Shown: positions 14,839 to 24,277 of the stretch, piece by piece
Layout: each line of letters opens with the position of its first letter
Position numbering within the stretch: position 1 is the first letter of the stretch
Assembly (NCBI GenBank): GCA_034408725.1
Contig: JAWXCN010000070.1
Span: 1 to 30,071, forward strand
Reading direction: 5' to 3'
DNA: 30,071 nucleotides
Origin: Candidatus Hydrogenedentota bacterium
GTDB lineage: Bacteria; Hydrogenedentota; Hydrogenedentia; Hydrogenedentales; SLHB01
Position numbers and translations under genes: made by a program
Notes under the pieces: model-generated
What the model was told of the DNA's origin: nothing
What the model saw: the letters and a program-made list of their open reading frames with translations, nothing else
The model's database searches: none

Positions 14839-17625
14839 ATGTCCAAAGGCCGCAAGACGATCCATGTTGTGTCGAACTCGCATTGGGACCGCGAGTGGGG
14901 ATATCCGTTTGAGGAGACGCGGCTGCTGCTGCTGGATTTCATGGACAATCTGCTGGCACTGCTCGACAAGGACCCTGAGTTCCATTCGTTCACAATGGAT
15001 TCGCAGACGTTGTGCGTCGAGGATTACCTCGAGCTGAGACCGGAGAAGCGCGCGACGGTCGAAAAACACGTCAAATCGGGACGGCTGATTGTCGGGCCGT
15101 GGTATTCTCTGCCGGAAGAATATCTCGTCAACGGGGAATCGGTTGTGCGCAACCTCGTCGTGGGGCATCGAGTCGCGGAAAGCTACGGCAAAGTCGCAAA
15201 GGTCGGGTACACACCCTTCGGATACGGCCAGACCTCGCAGATGCCGCAGATTTATCAAGGTTTCGATATCGACACCATCATTTTTTATCGCGGCATCAAT
15301 GTGCCCAAGAGCGAATTCATTCTCGAAGGACCAGACGGATCGCGCCTCTTGGGCATGCGGTTCGGCACGATGAGCCGGTTCAGCTATTACATCTATGTGT
15401 ACCGCTATCTGCGTTATGGATCGGACGACGTGTGGGCGCGGTACGACTGGGACCGCGGCGCGGCGCCGTTCCGCCTTGCGCGGGCGGACAAACCGCGCGA
15501 GCACTATCACGTGCTCGACAAGAACATCAAGCAATGGAACGACAAACCCATTCGCGATCAGTTGCTGAAACTGGTGAAGGACGAATCGGAACATTTCACT
15601 ACTTCGCAGATTTGCTGCATGCAAGGATTTGACACAAGCGATCCCGATCCGGAAGAAACGAAGATCATGAAGCTGTGCCAGAAGCTGCTGCCGGAACATG
15701 ACATCAAGTTTTCCGATTTGCAGACGTATATGGACGCGATGCGCAAGGAATTGAAGAACCCCGTCGTGCTTACGGGGGAAAGCCGCGACCCGGGTTCGAC
15801 GGGTAAGTGGACGCATCTCATGGGCGACGTGATCAGCGCGCGCACACGCCTCAAGCGCGCGAACCACAAGGCGGAGGTCGCGCTTCAACGCCTCGCGGAG
15901 CCGTGGAGCGCGATCGGCTCGATGAACGGCGGCGAGTACGTGAAGACCGCGATCGACAAGTGTTGGAAACTGCTGCTGCAGAATCATCCGCATGACACGA
16001 TCACCGGCGCGGGCGTGGACCAGATGGAAAAGGATTCGCTGTTCCGCTTCGATCAGATTTGCATCATCAGCGACGGCCTCGCGCGGCGCGGCATGGGCGC
16101 GGTGCAAATCGCGATTGATAATTCTGACCTGTCGCCAAAGGACAGCGTGCTGACCGTGTTCAACCCCTGCCCGTTCCCGCGTAGCGGGGTCGTGTCCGCG
16201 TATATCGATATGCCCGGAAACATGGGCTACGACGCATTCAGCATTTGCGCGCCGGACGGCAAGAAAGTGTCGCGCATCCAGCGGAAGGAACAGTTCGAGT
16301 GGGGCACGCTGGTGCGGAACCTGCAAGATATTTCGATTGAGCTGAATTCGCAGCGCGTGCTCTGCCACATCGAAGTCGAGGACATCCCCGCATTCGGATA
16401 CAAGACCTTCCACATCGTGCGCGAGGAGAAGTGGCAGTACGAACCGGGATCGCTTGCGGTCGAAACGAACGTGATCGAAAACGAATTTCTGCGCGTACAG
16501 TTCAACAGCGACGGCACGCTTGATGTCACGCACAAGGAAACGAAACAGACCTATAGCGGTCTGCACTATCTCGAAGATACCGGCGAGACGGGCCATTCAT
16601 GGATTCACATGGAGCCGCACAACAATCAGACGATTACGTCCCATGGGTTTCCGTGCGTGATTGCGCTGGAAGAGGCCGGGCCGCTGCTGGCGCGGGTGCG
16701 TGTCGAGTATCACATGGACATTCCGATTGGCATCGACGACGAACTTACCGATCAGTTTCGCGGCGACGCCATGGACCACACGAGCCGCACAAAAGAGCGC
16801 CGCAAACTTGTCGTCACCAGTCGCTTCACCCTGCGCGCGGGACAGCGGCGGCTCGATGTAACGACGTCGCTCGACAACCAGTGCAAGAACCATCGCCTGC
16901 GGGTGATGTTTCCCACGCGGTTGAAAACGAACCAGACGATGTCGGAAGCAGCGTATGACGTCATCGCGCGCGATATCACGGTTAAAAAAGGCAATGCGTA
17001 CTACGGCAAACCGAATCCGCAGTACCCGATGTACCGCTGGGTGGACATGAGCGACGGCAAGAAAGGGTTCGCAGTATTGAACACGGGCATCCGCGAATAC
17101 GAAGCGCTGGACAATAAGGAGCGTACGCTCGGCATCACGTTGTTCCGCGCGTTCACGTATCGGAACTGCCCGATCTTCGGGCGGTGGGAAGTGCATCCTG
17201 AAATGGAACTCGCGCAGTGCATTGGGCCGCACGAATGGACCTACAGCATCTACCCGCACAAAGGCGACTGGACCAACGGCGTCTACCGCGAAGCTGAAGA
17301 ACTCAACCTGCCGCTCGATCCCGCGCAGTGCGGTCCGCACAAGGGCTCGCTGCCGAAATCGCTCAGCTTTCTAACGGTCAGCGGCGGCAACGTCCAACTC
17401 ACCGCGTTCAAACAACATGAAGACCGGCCAGGCTCGTTTACCGTCCGCGTGTTCAACCCCGAATCCAAACCCACAACCGCCAAACTAACCTTCCCCAAAC
17501 CGATCAAGAAGGCGTGGCTCTGCAACCTCAACGAAGAACGCCGCAAAGAACTAACACCGGCGGGGAAGACGGTGACCGTGGCGCTGGGGAAGAAGAAGAT
17601 TGGGACGGTGGAGGTAAGATTCTAA
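14839..17625 (+). CDS. Glycoside hydrolase family 38-like protein (alpha-mannosidase/MngB-like)
   Basis: SHWDREW zinc motif, GRLIVGPWY, GESVVRNL, QNHPHDTITG, VFNP, NHRLRVMFP, ITLFR, NLNEE. Confidence 0.92.
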   Translation: MSKGRKTIHVVSNSHWDREWGYPFEETRLLLLDFMDNLLALLDKDPEFHSFTMDSQTLCVEDYLELRPEKRATVEKHVKSGRLIVGPWYSLPEEYLVNGESVVRNLVVGHRVAESYGKVAKVGYTPFGYGQTSQMPQIYQGFDIDTIIFYRGINVPKSEFILEGPDGSRLLGMRFGTMSRFSYYIYVYRYLRYGSDDVWARYDWDRGAAPFRLARADKPREHYHVLDKNIKQWNDKPIRDQLLKLVKDESEHFTTSQICCMQGFDTSDPDPEETKIMKLCQKLLPEHDIKFSDLQTYMDAMRKELKNPVVLTGESRDPGSTGKWTHLMGDVISARTRLKRANHKAEVALQRLAEPWSAIGSMNGGEYVKTAIDKCWKLLLQNHPHDTITGAGVDQMEKDSLFRFDQICIISDGLARRGMGAVQIAIDNSDLSPKDSVLTVFNPCPFPRSGVVSAYIDMPGNMGYDAFSICAPDGKKVSRIQRKEQFEWGTLVRNLQDISIELNSQRVLCHIEVEDIPAFGYKTFHIVREEKWQYEPGSLAVETNVIENEFLRVQFNSDGTLDVTHKETKQTYSGLHYLEDTGETGHSWIHMEPHNNQTITSHGFPCVIALEEAGPLLARVRVEYHMDIPIGIDDELTDQFRGDAMDHTSRTKERRKLVVTSRFTLRAGQRRLDVTTSLDNQCKNHRLRVMFPTRLKTNQTMSEAAYDVIARDITVKKGNAYYGKPNPQYPMYRWVDMSDGKKGFAVLNTGIREYEALDNKERTLGITLFRAFTYRNCPIFGRWEVHPEMELAQCIGPHEWTYSIYPHKGDWTNGVYREAEELNLPLDPAQCGPHKGSLPKSLSFLTVSGGNVQLTAFKQHEDRPGSFTVRVFNPESKPTTAKLTFPKPIKKAWLCNLNEERRKELTPAGKTVTVALGKKKIGTVEVRF

Positions 17626-17747
17626 AACGACGGGGCGGTACGCAACACTTATTCGGTATCGGCTGTGTTTGTACCTCGCGCCTAATACTCGTAAGCTGTA
17701 CCTTATTACAGAGCAAGCGTAATTCAGCTTTAGAAGGGAAACAGTTT

Positions 17748-19460
17748 ATGGCCAAAGCGGAAGCGAGTGTAGAAGAATTGGTGGGCATGATTAAACGAGG
17801 AGAGTTGCGGCTTCCTGAAATGCAGCGTCGATATGTTTGGCGATCAACACGGGTTCGGGACTTGCTCGATTCACTGTATCGGGGTTATCCCTCCGGCGCA
17901 ATACTCTTGTGGGAGACCGACGAACATGTTCCACTGCAAGACTTCGCTGTGGCGCAAGACGAGAGCAGTTTTCAAAATACACGCCTACTACTGGACGGGC
18001 AACAACGCTTGACATCGCTATCCGCCGTGATTCGTGGTGAGCCCGTCAGTGTGCGAGGAAGAAAAAAACCGATTGAATTGCTATTTAATCTCGATCATCC
18101 CGAGGAATTAACCGTAGTGACCGAGGTTGACGATCAACTCGACGACGACAATGAAGAAGATGATGACTTAATCGAAGACGAGGCAGATTCGTCGGAAAGC
18201 GAATTGGAACGTCGATTCAACCAAATGACCTTCGTTGTGGCAACAAAGAAATTAGAACAACTGCCGCAATGGGTGAAGGTGTCAGAAGTATACAAAGCGG
18301 ACGCGGATGCCCCTTTCTTGGAGCGGGCTGGTGTCGAAAAAGTAAGTGATCCCCGATACACGAAATATAGCCAACGTCTGGCTCGACTTCGAGGAATACG
18401 CAAGTATATGTACCGGATGGACGTACTTGAACGCGGGCTTTCATACGACGAAGTCACTGAGATATTTGTACGCGTAAATTCACTTGGAGCAAAGCTTCGG
18501 AGTTCTGATTTGGCTCTTGCGCAGATTACGGCAAAATGGCGCAATTCGTTGAAATCATTTCAGGAATTTCAGCATACCTGTGCCAAAGCGGGTTACGACC
18601 TTGATCTTGGGCTTCATTTGAAGAATCTAGTTGTATTTGCTACAGGTCAATCCAGGTTTCTAACGGTTGGCCGGATACCGTTAGATAAATTGCAATCATC
18701 ATGGAAGGAATGCTGTCAAGGAATGGAGTTTGCCATGAACTTTTTGAAGAGCAATGTCGGCATGGTAAGCCCGGTACTTATGTCGTCACCCTACCTGATG
18801 GTTACAATTGCCTATTTCGGTCATATGCGCAAATATAAGCTAACCAAAGACGAGTCGTATGGACTACGATATTGGGCGCTGGCGTCCAATGCAAAGGGGC
18901 GTTACTCGCGAGGCTCGAGTGAGTCCATACTCGATCAGGATTTGGCTATAATTCGTCAAGGTAGCGGAACAAAGGAACTTATTGACCGCTTGCGACTGCA
19001 GTTCGGTCGGCTTGATATTACTGCTGAAGAGCTTGAAGGCCGCAATATGCGTAGCGCGCTATTCAAGACAATGTTTCTGGCTTTTAGGGCGGCGGGTGCG
19101 ACGGATTGGAATTCTGCACTTGCGATTTCATTGGAGCATCACGGAACTCAGCATAGTTTACAGTTTCATCACATCTTTCCAAAGGCGGTGCTTAAAAGAA
19201 AATTACGCACAGCAAGAGAAGCTGATGACATCGCGAATCTAGCGTTCATTGGAGGGAAAACCAATCGCACCATCAGCAATAAGGCGCCGGTGGATTATCT
19301 TCCCGCATTTATTGAAAAGGCGGGTAGAAGAGCTTTTGAAGCACAATGTATTCCAACTGAAGCGAAAATTTTGGCATTGGACAGCTATGATGAGTTTCTT
19401 GTTGTCCGCAGGAAACGTATTGCTGATGCGTTGAATAGTTTTCTCGGCAACTCACCATGA
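17748..19460 (+). CDS. DUF262 + HNH-type C-terminal domain protein (GmrSD-like restriction/defence nuclease)
   Basis: LPEMQRRYVW, DSLYRGYPSG, LLDGQQRLTS, IFVRVNSLG, C-terminal HHIFP...IANL...TNRTISNKAP. Lower GC than its neighbours. Start at ATG 17748 after GAAGGG. Confidence 0.88.
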   Translation: MAKAEASVEELVGMIKRGELRLPEMQRRYVWRSTRVRDLLDSLYRGYPSGAILLWETDEHVPLQDFAVAQDESSFQNTRLLLDGQQRLTSLSAVIRGEPVSVRGRKKPIELLFNLDHPEELTVVTEVDDQLDDDNEEDDDLIEDEADSSESELERRFNQMTFVVATKKLEQLPQWVKVSEVYKADADAPFLERAGVEKVSDPRYTKYSQRLARLRGIRKYMYRMDVLERGLSYDEVTEIFVRVNSLGAKLRSSDLALAQITAKWRNSLKSFQEFQHTCAKAGYDLDLGLHLKNLVVFATGQSRFLTVGRIPLDKLQSSWKECCQGMEFAMNFLKSNVGMVSPVLMSSPYLMVTIAYFGHMRKYKLTKDESYGLRYWALASNAKGRYSRGSSESILDQDLAIIRQGSGTKELIDRLRLQFGRLDITAEELEGRNMRSALFKTMFLAFRAAGATDWNSALAISLEHHGTQHSLQFHHIFPKAVLKRKLRTAREADDIANLAFIGGKTNRTISNKAPVDYLPAFIEKAGRRAFEAQCIPTEAKILALDSYDEFLVVRRKRIADALNSFLGNSP

Positions 19461-19486
19461 TTGTTGCACCACCGAAAATCTCGGGT

Positions 19487-19498
19487 GTCACGCCGCAA
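19487..19498 (-). pseudogene. Possible 4-codon remnant of the HEPN/DUF86 toxin start (TTG CGG CGT GAC = M/L-R-R-D)
   Basis: Overlaps the MNT stop in the way MNT-HEPN pairs are typically coupled. The downstream sequence has no HEPN similarity. Confidence 0.45.
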
Positions 19499-19796
19499 AG
19501 ATGACCTCTGCATCCGCGAGGATTTCATCTCGGAGGGATTCTTTGAGGCCTTTCTTAGGCACGAGATCAACCTCGCGGCCCAGGACTTCGCTCAATTCTT
19601 CAGTGGCTCGCGCAAGCGCCAGCAGGCCCACCTGCGCACACGGTTCGAATTCGACAAGCAGATCGATGTCGCTCTCCGGGTTGAAATCCTCCCGTAGCGC
19701 CGACCCAAAAAGCGACAGCTTCGTGATTCGGTTCCGCCTGCACGCGGTGATAATCTCGTCGAGGGGCAGCTCAATTGCCGATTTGTTCATAGCCAT
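19488..19796 (-). CDS. Minimal nucleotidyltransferase (MNT/MntA-type antitoxin)
   Basis: LFGSALREDFNPESDIDLLVEF (GSx10DxD) and LGREVDLV in a ~100 aa protein. Confidence 0.92.
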   Translation of the reverse strand: MAMNKSAIELPLDEIITACRRNRITKLSLFGSALREDFNPESDIDLLVEFEPCAQVGLLALARATEELSEVLGREVDLVPKKGLKESLRDEILADAEVIFAA

Positions 19797-19814
19797 TTCC
19801 TAGCTTCACGAACC

Positions 19815-19823
19815 ATTGTACCA
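19815..19823 (-). promoter_or_regulatory. Extended -10 promoter element TGGTACAAT upstream of the MNT gene
   Basis: Matches TGnTAnnnT about 20 nt upstream of the start codon. Confidence 0.55.
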
Positions 19824-19994
19824 CGAGGTTACTTTTCCTCACATTCACCCATTACTTTGGCGCGGATAAGTGTTGAAGCATGGCAAAATTTTTGAAAGGA
19901 AGCTTGCGCGATGCGCGGTTACTCCTGAATAAAGTACAATGGCTCCGTCGGAACGTTTTGTCGATTGCTTTCACGTGAGAGAAGGATTTCAGTA

Positions 19995-20216
19995 ATGGGT
20001 AAAGCGACTGTCGCTCAGAGGACGCAAGAAGAACTCAAGTCAATGCTCAGCGACCTCATTGATCAGAAGCTGATGGAGATCCTGGGCGATCCCGATGAAG
20101 GGCTGGTTATGCGGAAAGCCTTCAGAGACCGTCTCATTCGCCAGAGGAAGGCAGTTGCCAAAGGTGAGCGCGGAGTATCGTCTGCTCAAGTAAAAAAGCA
20201 CTTAGGCATCGTTTGA
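19995..20216 (+). CDS. Small putative antitoxin (RelE/ParE-partner type, GDPDEGL motif)
   Basis: 73 aa. LIDQKLMEILGDPDEGL and a C-terminal 'VSSAQVKKHLGI' resembling the typical RelE-partner ending (compare YEEFRKELGL at the window edge). TACAAT at 19935-19940 upstream. Confidence 0.65.
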   Translation: MGKATVAQRTQEELKSMLSDLIDQKLMEILGDPDEGLVMRKAFRDRLIRQRKAVAKGERGVSSAQVKKHLGIV

Positions 20217-20231
20217 GGAGCATCCACCGCC

Positions 20232-20420
20232 ATGGATAAACCAAGATTCGTGTATTGGCAGGATGACGATATGTGGTTGGGGTATCTTGAGGAATACCCA
20301 AACTACATGACGCAAGGCGAAACTTTTGAAGATTTGCAGAAACACGTATTTGATATTTATCAAGATGTCAGTACAGCCAAAATACCGCATGTGCGGCGAG
20401 CAACCGAACTGCCGATATGA
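20232..20420 (+). CDS. hicB: HicB-family (UPF0150) antitoxin
   Basis: WLGYLEEYPNYMTQGETFEDL, the HicB RNase-H-like signature (PxxxTQGxTxEE). Confidence 0.85.
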   Translation: MDKPRFVYWQDDDMWLGYLEEYPNYMTQGETFEDLQKHVFDIYQDVSTAKIPHVRRATELPI

Positions 20421-20457
20421 AACGGATAGGGTAAAGGAAAATCGAGAATATCACTAG
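20417..20457 (+). pseudogene. Putative joined remnants of hicA 5' end (MKRIG*) and higB 3' end (..EYH*)
   Basis: ATGA overlap with the hicB stop gives ATG AAA CGG ATA GGG TAA (20417-20434). GAA TAT CAC TAG at 20446-20457 sits directly before the higA RBS, and HigB proteins typically end in DYH*. Confidence 0.55.
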
Positions 20458-20469
20458 GAGTCGGTGAAC

Positions 20470-20772
20470 ATGGCCCGCAAACTAAAGCCGGTGCATCCTG
20501 GGGAAGTCTTACTTGAAGAATTCCTCAAGCCGATGGCGCTCAGCCAGAACCGGCTCGCGCTTGAGATCGGTGTGCCTGCGCGTCGCATCAACGAAATCGT
20601 CCTGGGCGATCGCCGTATTACAGCCGACACCGCGCTCCGTCTTGCGCGCTACTTCGGCAACTCTGCCCAATTCTGGCTTGGGCTGCAGATGGACTACGAC
20701 CTCGATACCGCGGAAGACACACTCGGCAGCCGCATTCAGCGCGAGGTCCGCGTCCGCACCGCCCGCGCGTAA
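20470..20772 (+). CDS. higA: HigA-family antitoxin (XRE HTH)
   Basis: PVHPGEVLLEEFLKP, RINEIVLGDRRITADTALRLARYFGNSAQFWLGLQMDYDL. AGGAG RBS before ATG 20470. Confidence 0.95.
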   Translation: MARKLKPVHPGEVLLEEFLKPMALSQNRLALEIGVPARRINEIVLGDRRITADTALRLARYFGNSAQFWLGLQMDYDLDTAEDTLGSRIQREVRVRTARA

Positions 20773-20797
20773 CTTCCTCCTCGATTCAGAATCCCTA

Positions 20798-20871
20798 CTT
20801 CGCGCTCTTTGTATGCTTTCGCGGCAACCGCACGCGCATTTCCTTCGTGTCCTTCGCGCCTTCGTGGTGAA
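20798..20871. repeat. Two degenerate CTTCG-periodic repeat units between convergent TA genes
   Basis: CTTCGCGCTCTTTGTATGCTTTCGCGGCAA (20798-20827) and CTTCGTGTCCTTCGCGCCTTCGTGGTGAA (20843-20871). Confidence 0.6.
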
Positions 20872-20909
20872 TTCTGAAGTGCAACGCCGTCGACTACGGA
20901 GTAGGACGG

Positions 20910-21113
20910 TCAGTCGCTCGAAACGTCAAGTGCATTTAACACCTGACGAACAATCTTGGGATGTAGAATTCGCGCACCATGAAACGGCACGACGACGCGA
21001 GCAGTTGCCTTTGATGTAGATTCGGTGGCTGCCTTGTGTGCGACCAAGACAAACCCGCCGCCAAGCAGCAAACGTTCGGCCTCCGGTGCAGTCAGCCGAG
21101 GGGCTTTAGGCAA
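20910..21113 (-). pseudogene. hicA: HicA-family toxin with compensating internal frameshifts that remove the GSH motif
   Basis: TTG start overlaps the hicB end. PKAPRLTAPEAERLL and RVVVPFHGARILHPKIVRQVL are in frame, but RTQGSHRIYIKGN is encoded in a different frame at 21001-21042. Confidence 0.8.
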
Positions 21114-21330
21114 GAGTGACCTCAAGCGAGGTCGTCAGGATTTCCTTGCTCAAATACTGTACGCGTTCATCCGCGTCCAACGTAGACAAATAAAGATCGG
21201 CCGCCTCGCGCAGGTTCGCGATTACTTCCTCCAGCGTGTCGCCCTGCGTTTGGCATCCCGGCAACTCTGGACAATGTGCGTAATACCCCTCATCGTCTTT
21301 CTCGATGATTCCCGAAACCTTGTATTTCAT
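21106..21330 (-). CDS. hicB: HicB-family antitoxin
   Basis: IIEKDDEGYYAHCPELPGCQTQGDTLEEVIANLREAADLYL. GGAGG RBS before ATG 21330. Confidence 0.93.
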   Translation of the reverse strand: MKYKVSGIIEKDDEGYYAHCPELPGCQTQGDTLEEVIANLREAADLYLSTLDADERVQYLSKEILTTSLEVTLA

Positions 21331-21459
21331 CGCAAAACGCCCTCCGGCCAAACTTTCTCAAACCATCATGTACCCAAGTCAACAACAATTCAATTTGTGA
21401 CTCCACCGCATCGTCAACCATTTCCGCTTCGATTTTGTTGGAAACTGTAACATTGTGGG

Positions 21460-22016
<557 letters not shown>

Positions 22017-22017
<1 letters not shown>

Positions 22018-22238
22018 TACCTAAGAGTACCGCTTTCAGGAGTAAGCTGCACGACAGTAACGTCACTGAGAAACGAACGAATGCGATTCTCAGATTCGGT
22101 GTTCAAGTTGGTGTAGGAAAGCAATTCTAGTTCAGAGATAATTGAAACAAAGTAATCGGCTGGTTCGAGGGGCTGTGCAAGGCGGTCCGCTAGATGGTAC
22201 AGGACAATGTTGGTATCGAGCAGGCGCTTCAACCCCAT
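22017..22238 (-). pseudogene. vapC: C-terminally truncated PIN-domain (VapC) toxin
   Basis: MGLKRLLDTNIVLY...SIISELELL, ending at 73 aa. It lacks the C-terminal DAxI and TxD acidic motifs, and its stop overlaps the DHFR-family ATG (TAATG). Confidence 0.82.
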
Positions 22239-22444
22239 TCGCCCCGAACTCGGAGTTGATATTCCAACGGATCTTCCGTCAGCGTAAGGCAACCCCGGTA
22301 AGAATTCAGGTCGGTTGTGCATGGCTCGGTGCTGCCGCCGTTGGCGAGGATTTTTTCGATTTTAAGCCAGTCGGCGTAACCGATCTGCACGGCTACCGGG
22401 CGATCTTCGTCGTCTCGCACGATGTGTTTGCGAATGCTTTCCAT
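22229..22444 (-). CDS. Putative VapB-type antitoxin
   Basis: 71 aa, ending DPLEYQLRVRGEW as is typical of PIN partners. Overlaps the vapC start. Confidence 0.78.
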   Translation of the reverse strand: MESIRKHIVRDDEDRPVAVQIGYADWLKIEKILANGGSTEPCTTDLNSYRGCLTLTEDPLEYQLRVRGEWG

Positions 22445-22461
22445 TTGCGTACCTCAAGTTC

Positions 22462-22470
22462 ATTGTAGCA
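22462..22470 (-). promoter_or_regulatory. Extended -10 element TGCTACAAT upstream of the vapB-like gene
   Basis: TGnTACAAT followed by a GAGG RBS and ATG 22444. Confidence 0.55.
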
Positions 22471-22518
22471 TGGATGGCACATAACGCTCTTCGATTTTCA
22501 TCGATTCGTGACCGATTT

Positions 22519-24159
22519 CTACTCGTTTGCCAAATCCCATTTCGCCGCGGCTCTTGGTACCCGTTCCCGAATTTCCTGAAATTCGTTTATGTGGTTCGTT
22601 GCAGGTCGCCCGGTTTCTGGCCATGCGTATTCCACTTTTCGCATTGCGCTGAATAATTCAGGTTCGTTAGCGCGGGGGTGGGCGTAGTAGTAGTGGAGGT
22701 CGTCGGGGGTTTGGCCGTAGGCGGCGATCAGGGTGAAGTTTTTGGTGGCGACGTATTGGCGGAGGACATGGACCATGTCGGACCAGCCTGGGAGGCCGGT
22801 GGGGCCTGAGTAGTGCGGCGGGTCGTAGGCGTGAAAGACGATCAGGTCGGGATCGAAAGTTTCCAGATATTCGAATGTAACGGTCCCGGATGTGGCGATG
22901 GTGTAGTCGTTGAGGCCCCAGGTGTCGAGCGTTTTCCATTCGGAGTATAGCGGCAGGAGTCCGGCTTCGCTGGTGGCTAGCCGATAATTTTTGTTTTTGT
23001 ACGCGTGCAATAGCTTGCCCATCGGGGCGCGGCCGTCCGCGTGGTGTGTCCAGTCATCGCGGACGACTTGGAAATAGGTCAGCGCGCCAATCAAAAACAC
23101 TGCGATTGCGGCTGTAGTCAGACGAGACCGATTCACGTCGATTCTTTCGGTTTCGCATAGTACCGCGCGCATGGGTATTGGCCAAGCCATAAGCGCCATC
23201 GGCAGTAGCGCGTATTGGAAGCGTCCCGCAAAATTCATTTCGTTGGATACGAGAATGAAGCATGCGGCAAATCCCAGGATGGGAATCGATGCGGCGAGCG
23301 TGGCTCTTCGCGTGTTGCGCGAAAACAGGCCGATGGCGAACAGCGGAAGCAGCGGCAGGGTAAATTTGACGGTGTTGAAAACGGAGTCCTTGATTCCCGC
23401 GGGGTGCAGCGCGCCGCCGCCCTTTTTGTAGAACGGATTGGGCAGGGGATGGCCGAAGTATTGCCAGCGCGAGAGAAAATACGCGAGGCCCAAGGCGCCG
23501 AATATCGCAAAAAAAGAAATCATCACGGGCGCGGATCGCTTCACGCCAATGGCCACGACGATGCTAATCAACATGAGCGCGGCGAGGAGCACGCCTTCGG
23601 GTCGCACGAGGCCGGTCAGCAACGAGAGGATTGCGAATGCTATTGACCATGCGCGCGACGTTGAACCATTCATGATAATGAGGGCGCACGCCCATGCGCC
23701 CGCGGCGCAATCCGCAAATACCGGCGCGCCAAAGTATGTGCTGATATACGCGGTGGCGGGTCCCGCGACAAGATAAATGCTCGAAGCGAGCGCCGCCGAC
23801 CATGGTGCGCGATGCACCTTCCTCACAGTGACATAGACGATGCAAGCCGTAACAACATGCGCGACGGTTATCAAACCGCGTGTCGCCGTTTCCAGCGCGA
23901 TGCCCGCATACGTCAATGCCGCGACCGCGATCATGAACAGGAAATCCGTTGCGCCATCCACAGGCGGATCGCCGATGTTCCACACGACGCCGTGCCCGTT
24001 TGCGACGTGTTGCGCGTAGCGCATGAGCATGGCGGCGTCTTCTGCGGGTGGCAAGGAAAAATCGACGATGAGGTACGCGTGCGCCAACGCAGCCACCGCA
24101 ATCAGCGCGACCGACATGCTTTCCCCCGCTCGCATAACGTCCTTCCGCGTGAGGTTCAA
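22519..24159 (-). CDS. GT-C fold membrane glycosyltransferase (AftB-like)
   Basis: EDAAMLMRYAQHVANGHGVVWN...VDGAT, RPEG, YFGHPLPNPFYKK, GRF, EAGLLP, DTWGLND, with many TM helices. Start uncertain. Confidence 0.75.
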   Translation of the reverse strand: MNLTRKDVMRAGESMSVALIAVAALAHAYLIVDFSLPPAEDAAMLMRYAQHVANGHGVVWNIGDPPVDGATDFLFMIAVAALTYAGIALETATRGLITVAHVVTACIVYVTVRKVHRAPWSAALASSIYLVAGPATAYISTYFGAPVFADCAAGAWACALIIMNGSTSRAWSIAFAILSLLTGLVRPEGVLLAALMLISIVVAIGVKRSAPVMISFFAIFGALGLAYFLSRWQYFGHPLPNPFYKKGGGALHPAGIKDSVFNTVKFTLPLLPLFAIGLFSRNTRRATLAASIPILGFAACFILVSNEMNFAGRFQYALLPMALMAWPIPMRAVLCETERIDVNRSRLTTAAIAVFLIGALTYFQVVRDDWTHHADGRAPMGKLLHAYKNKNYRLATSEAGLLPLYSEWKTLDTWGLNDYTIATSGTVTFEYLETFDPDLIVFHAYDPPHYSGPTGLPGWSDMVHVLRQYVATKNFTLIAAYGQTPDDLHYYYAHPRANEPELFSAMRKVEYAWPETGRPATNHINEFQEIRERVPRAAAKWDLANE

Positions 24160-24277
24160 TTACATTCCGGTATTAAAAACAGTGGTCCCCTGAAATTCAA
24201 TACCAGTTTGAATGAATCGGTCTTGTGCGCGGCACCATTGTGAATGCGCCAAACAGGATTGTTGCCGTGCTGCGTTC

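Noticed and set aside
14716-16596. 626-aa ORF on the minus strand
   Set aside because: Antisense shadow of the GH38-like gene. Such stop-free frames are expected from high-GC codon bias, and it has no recognisable motifs.
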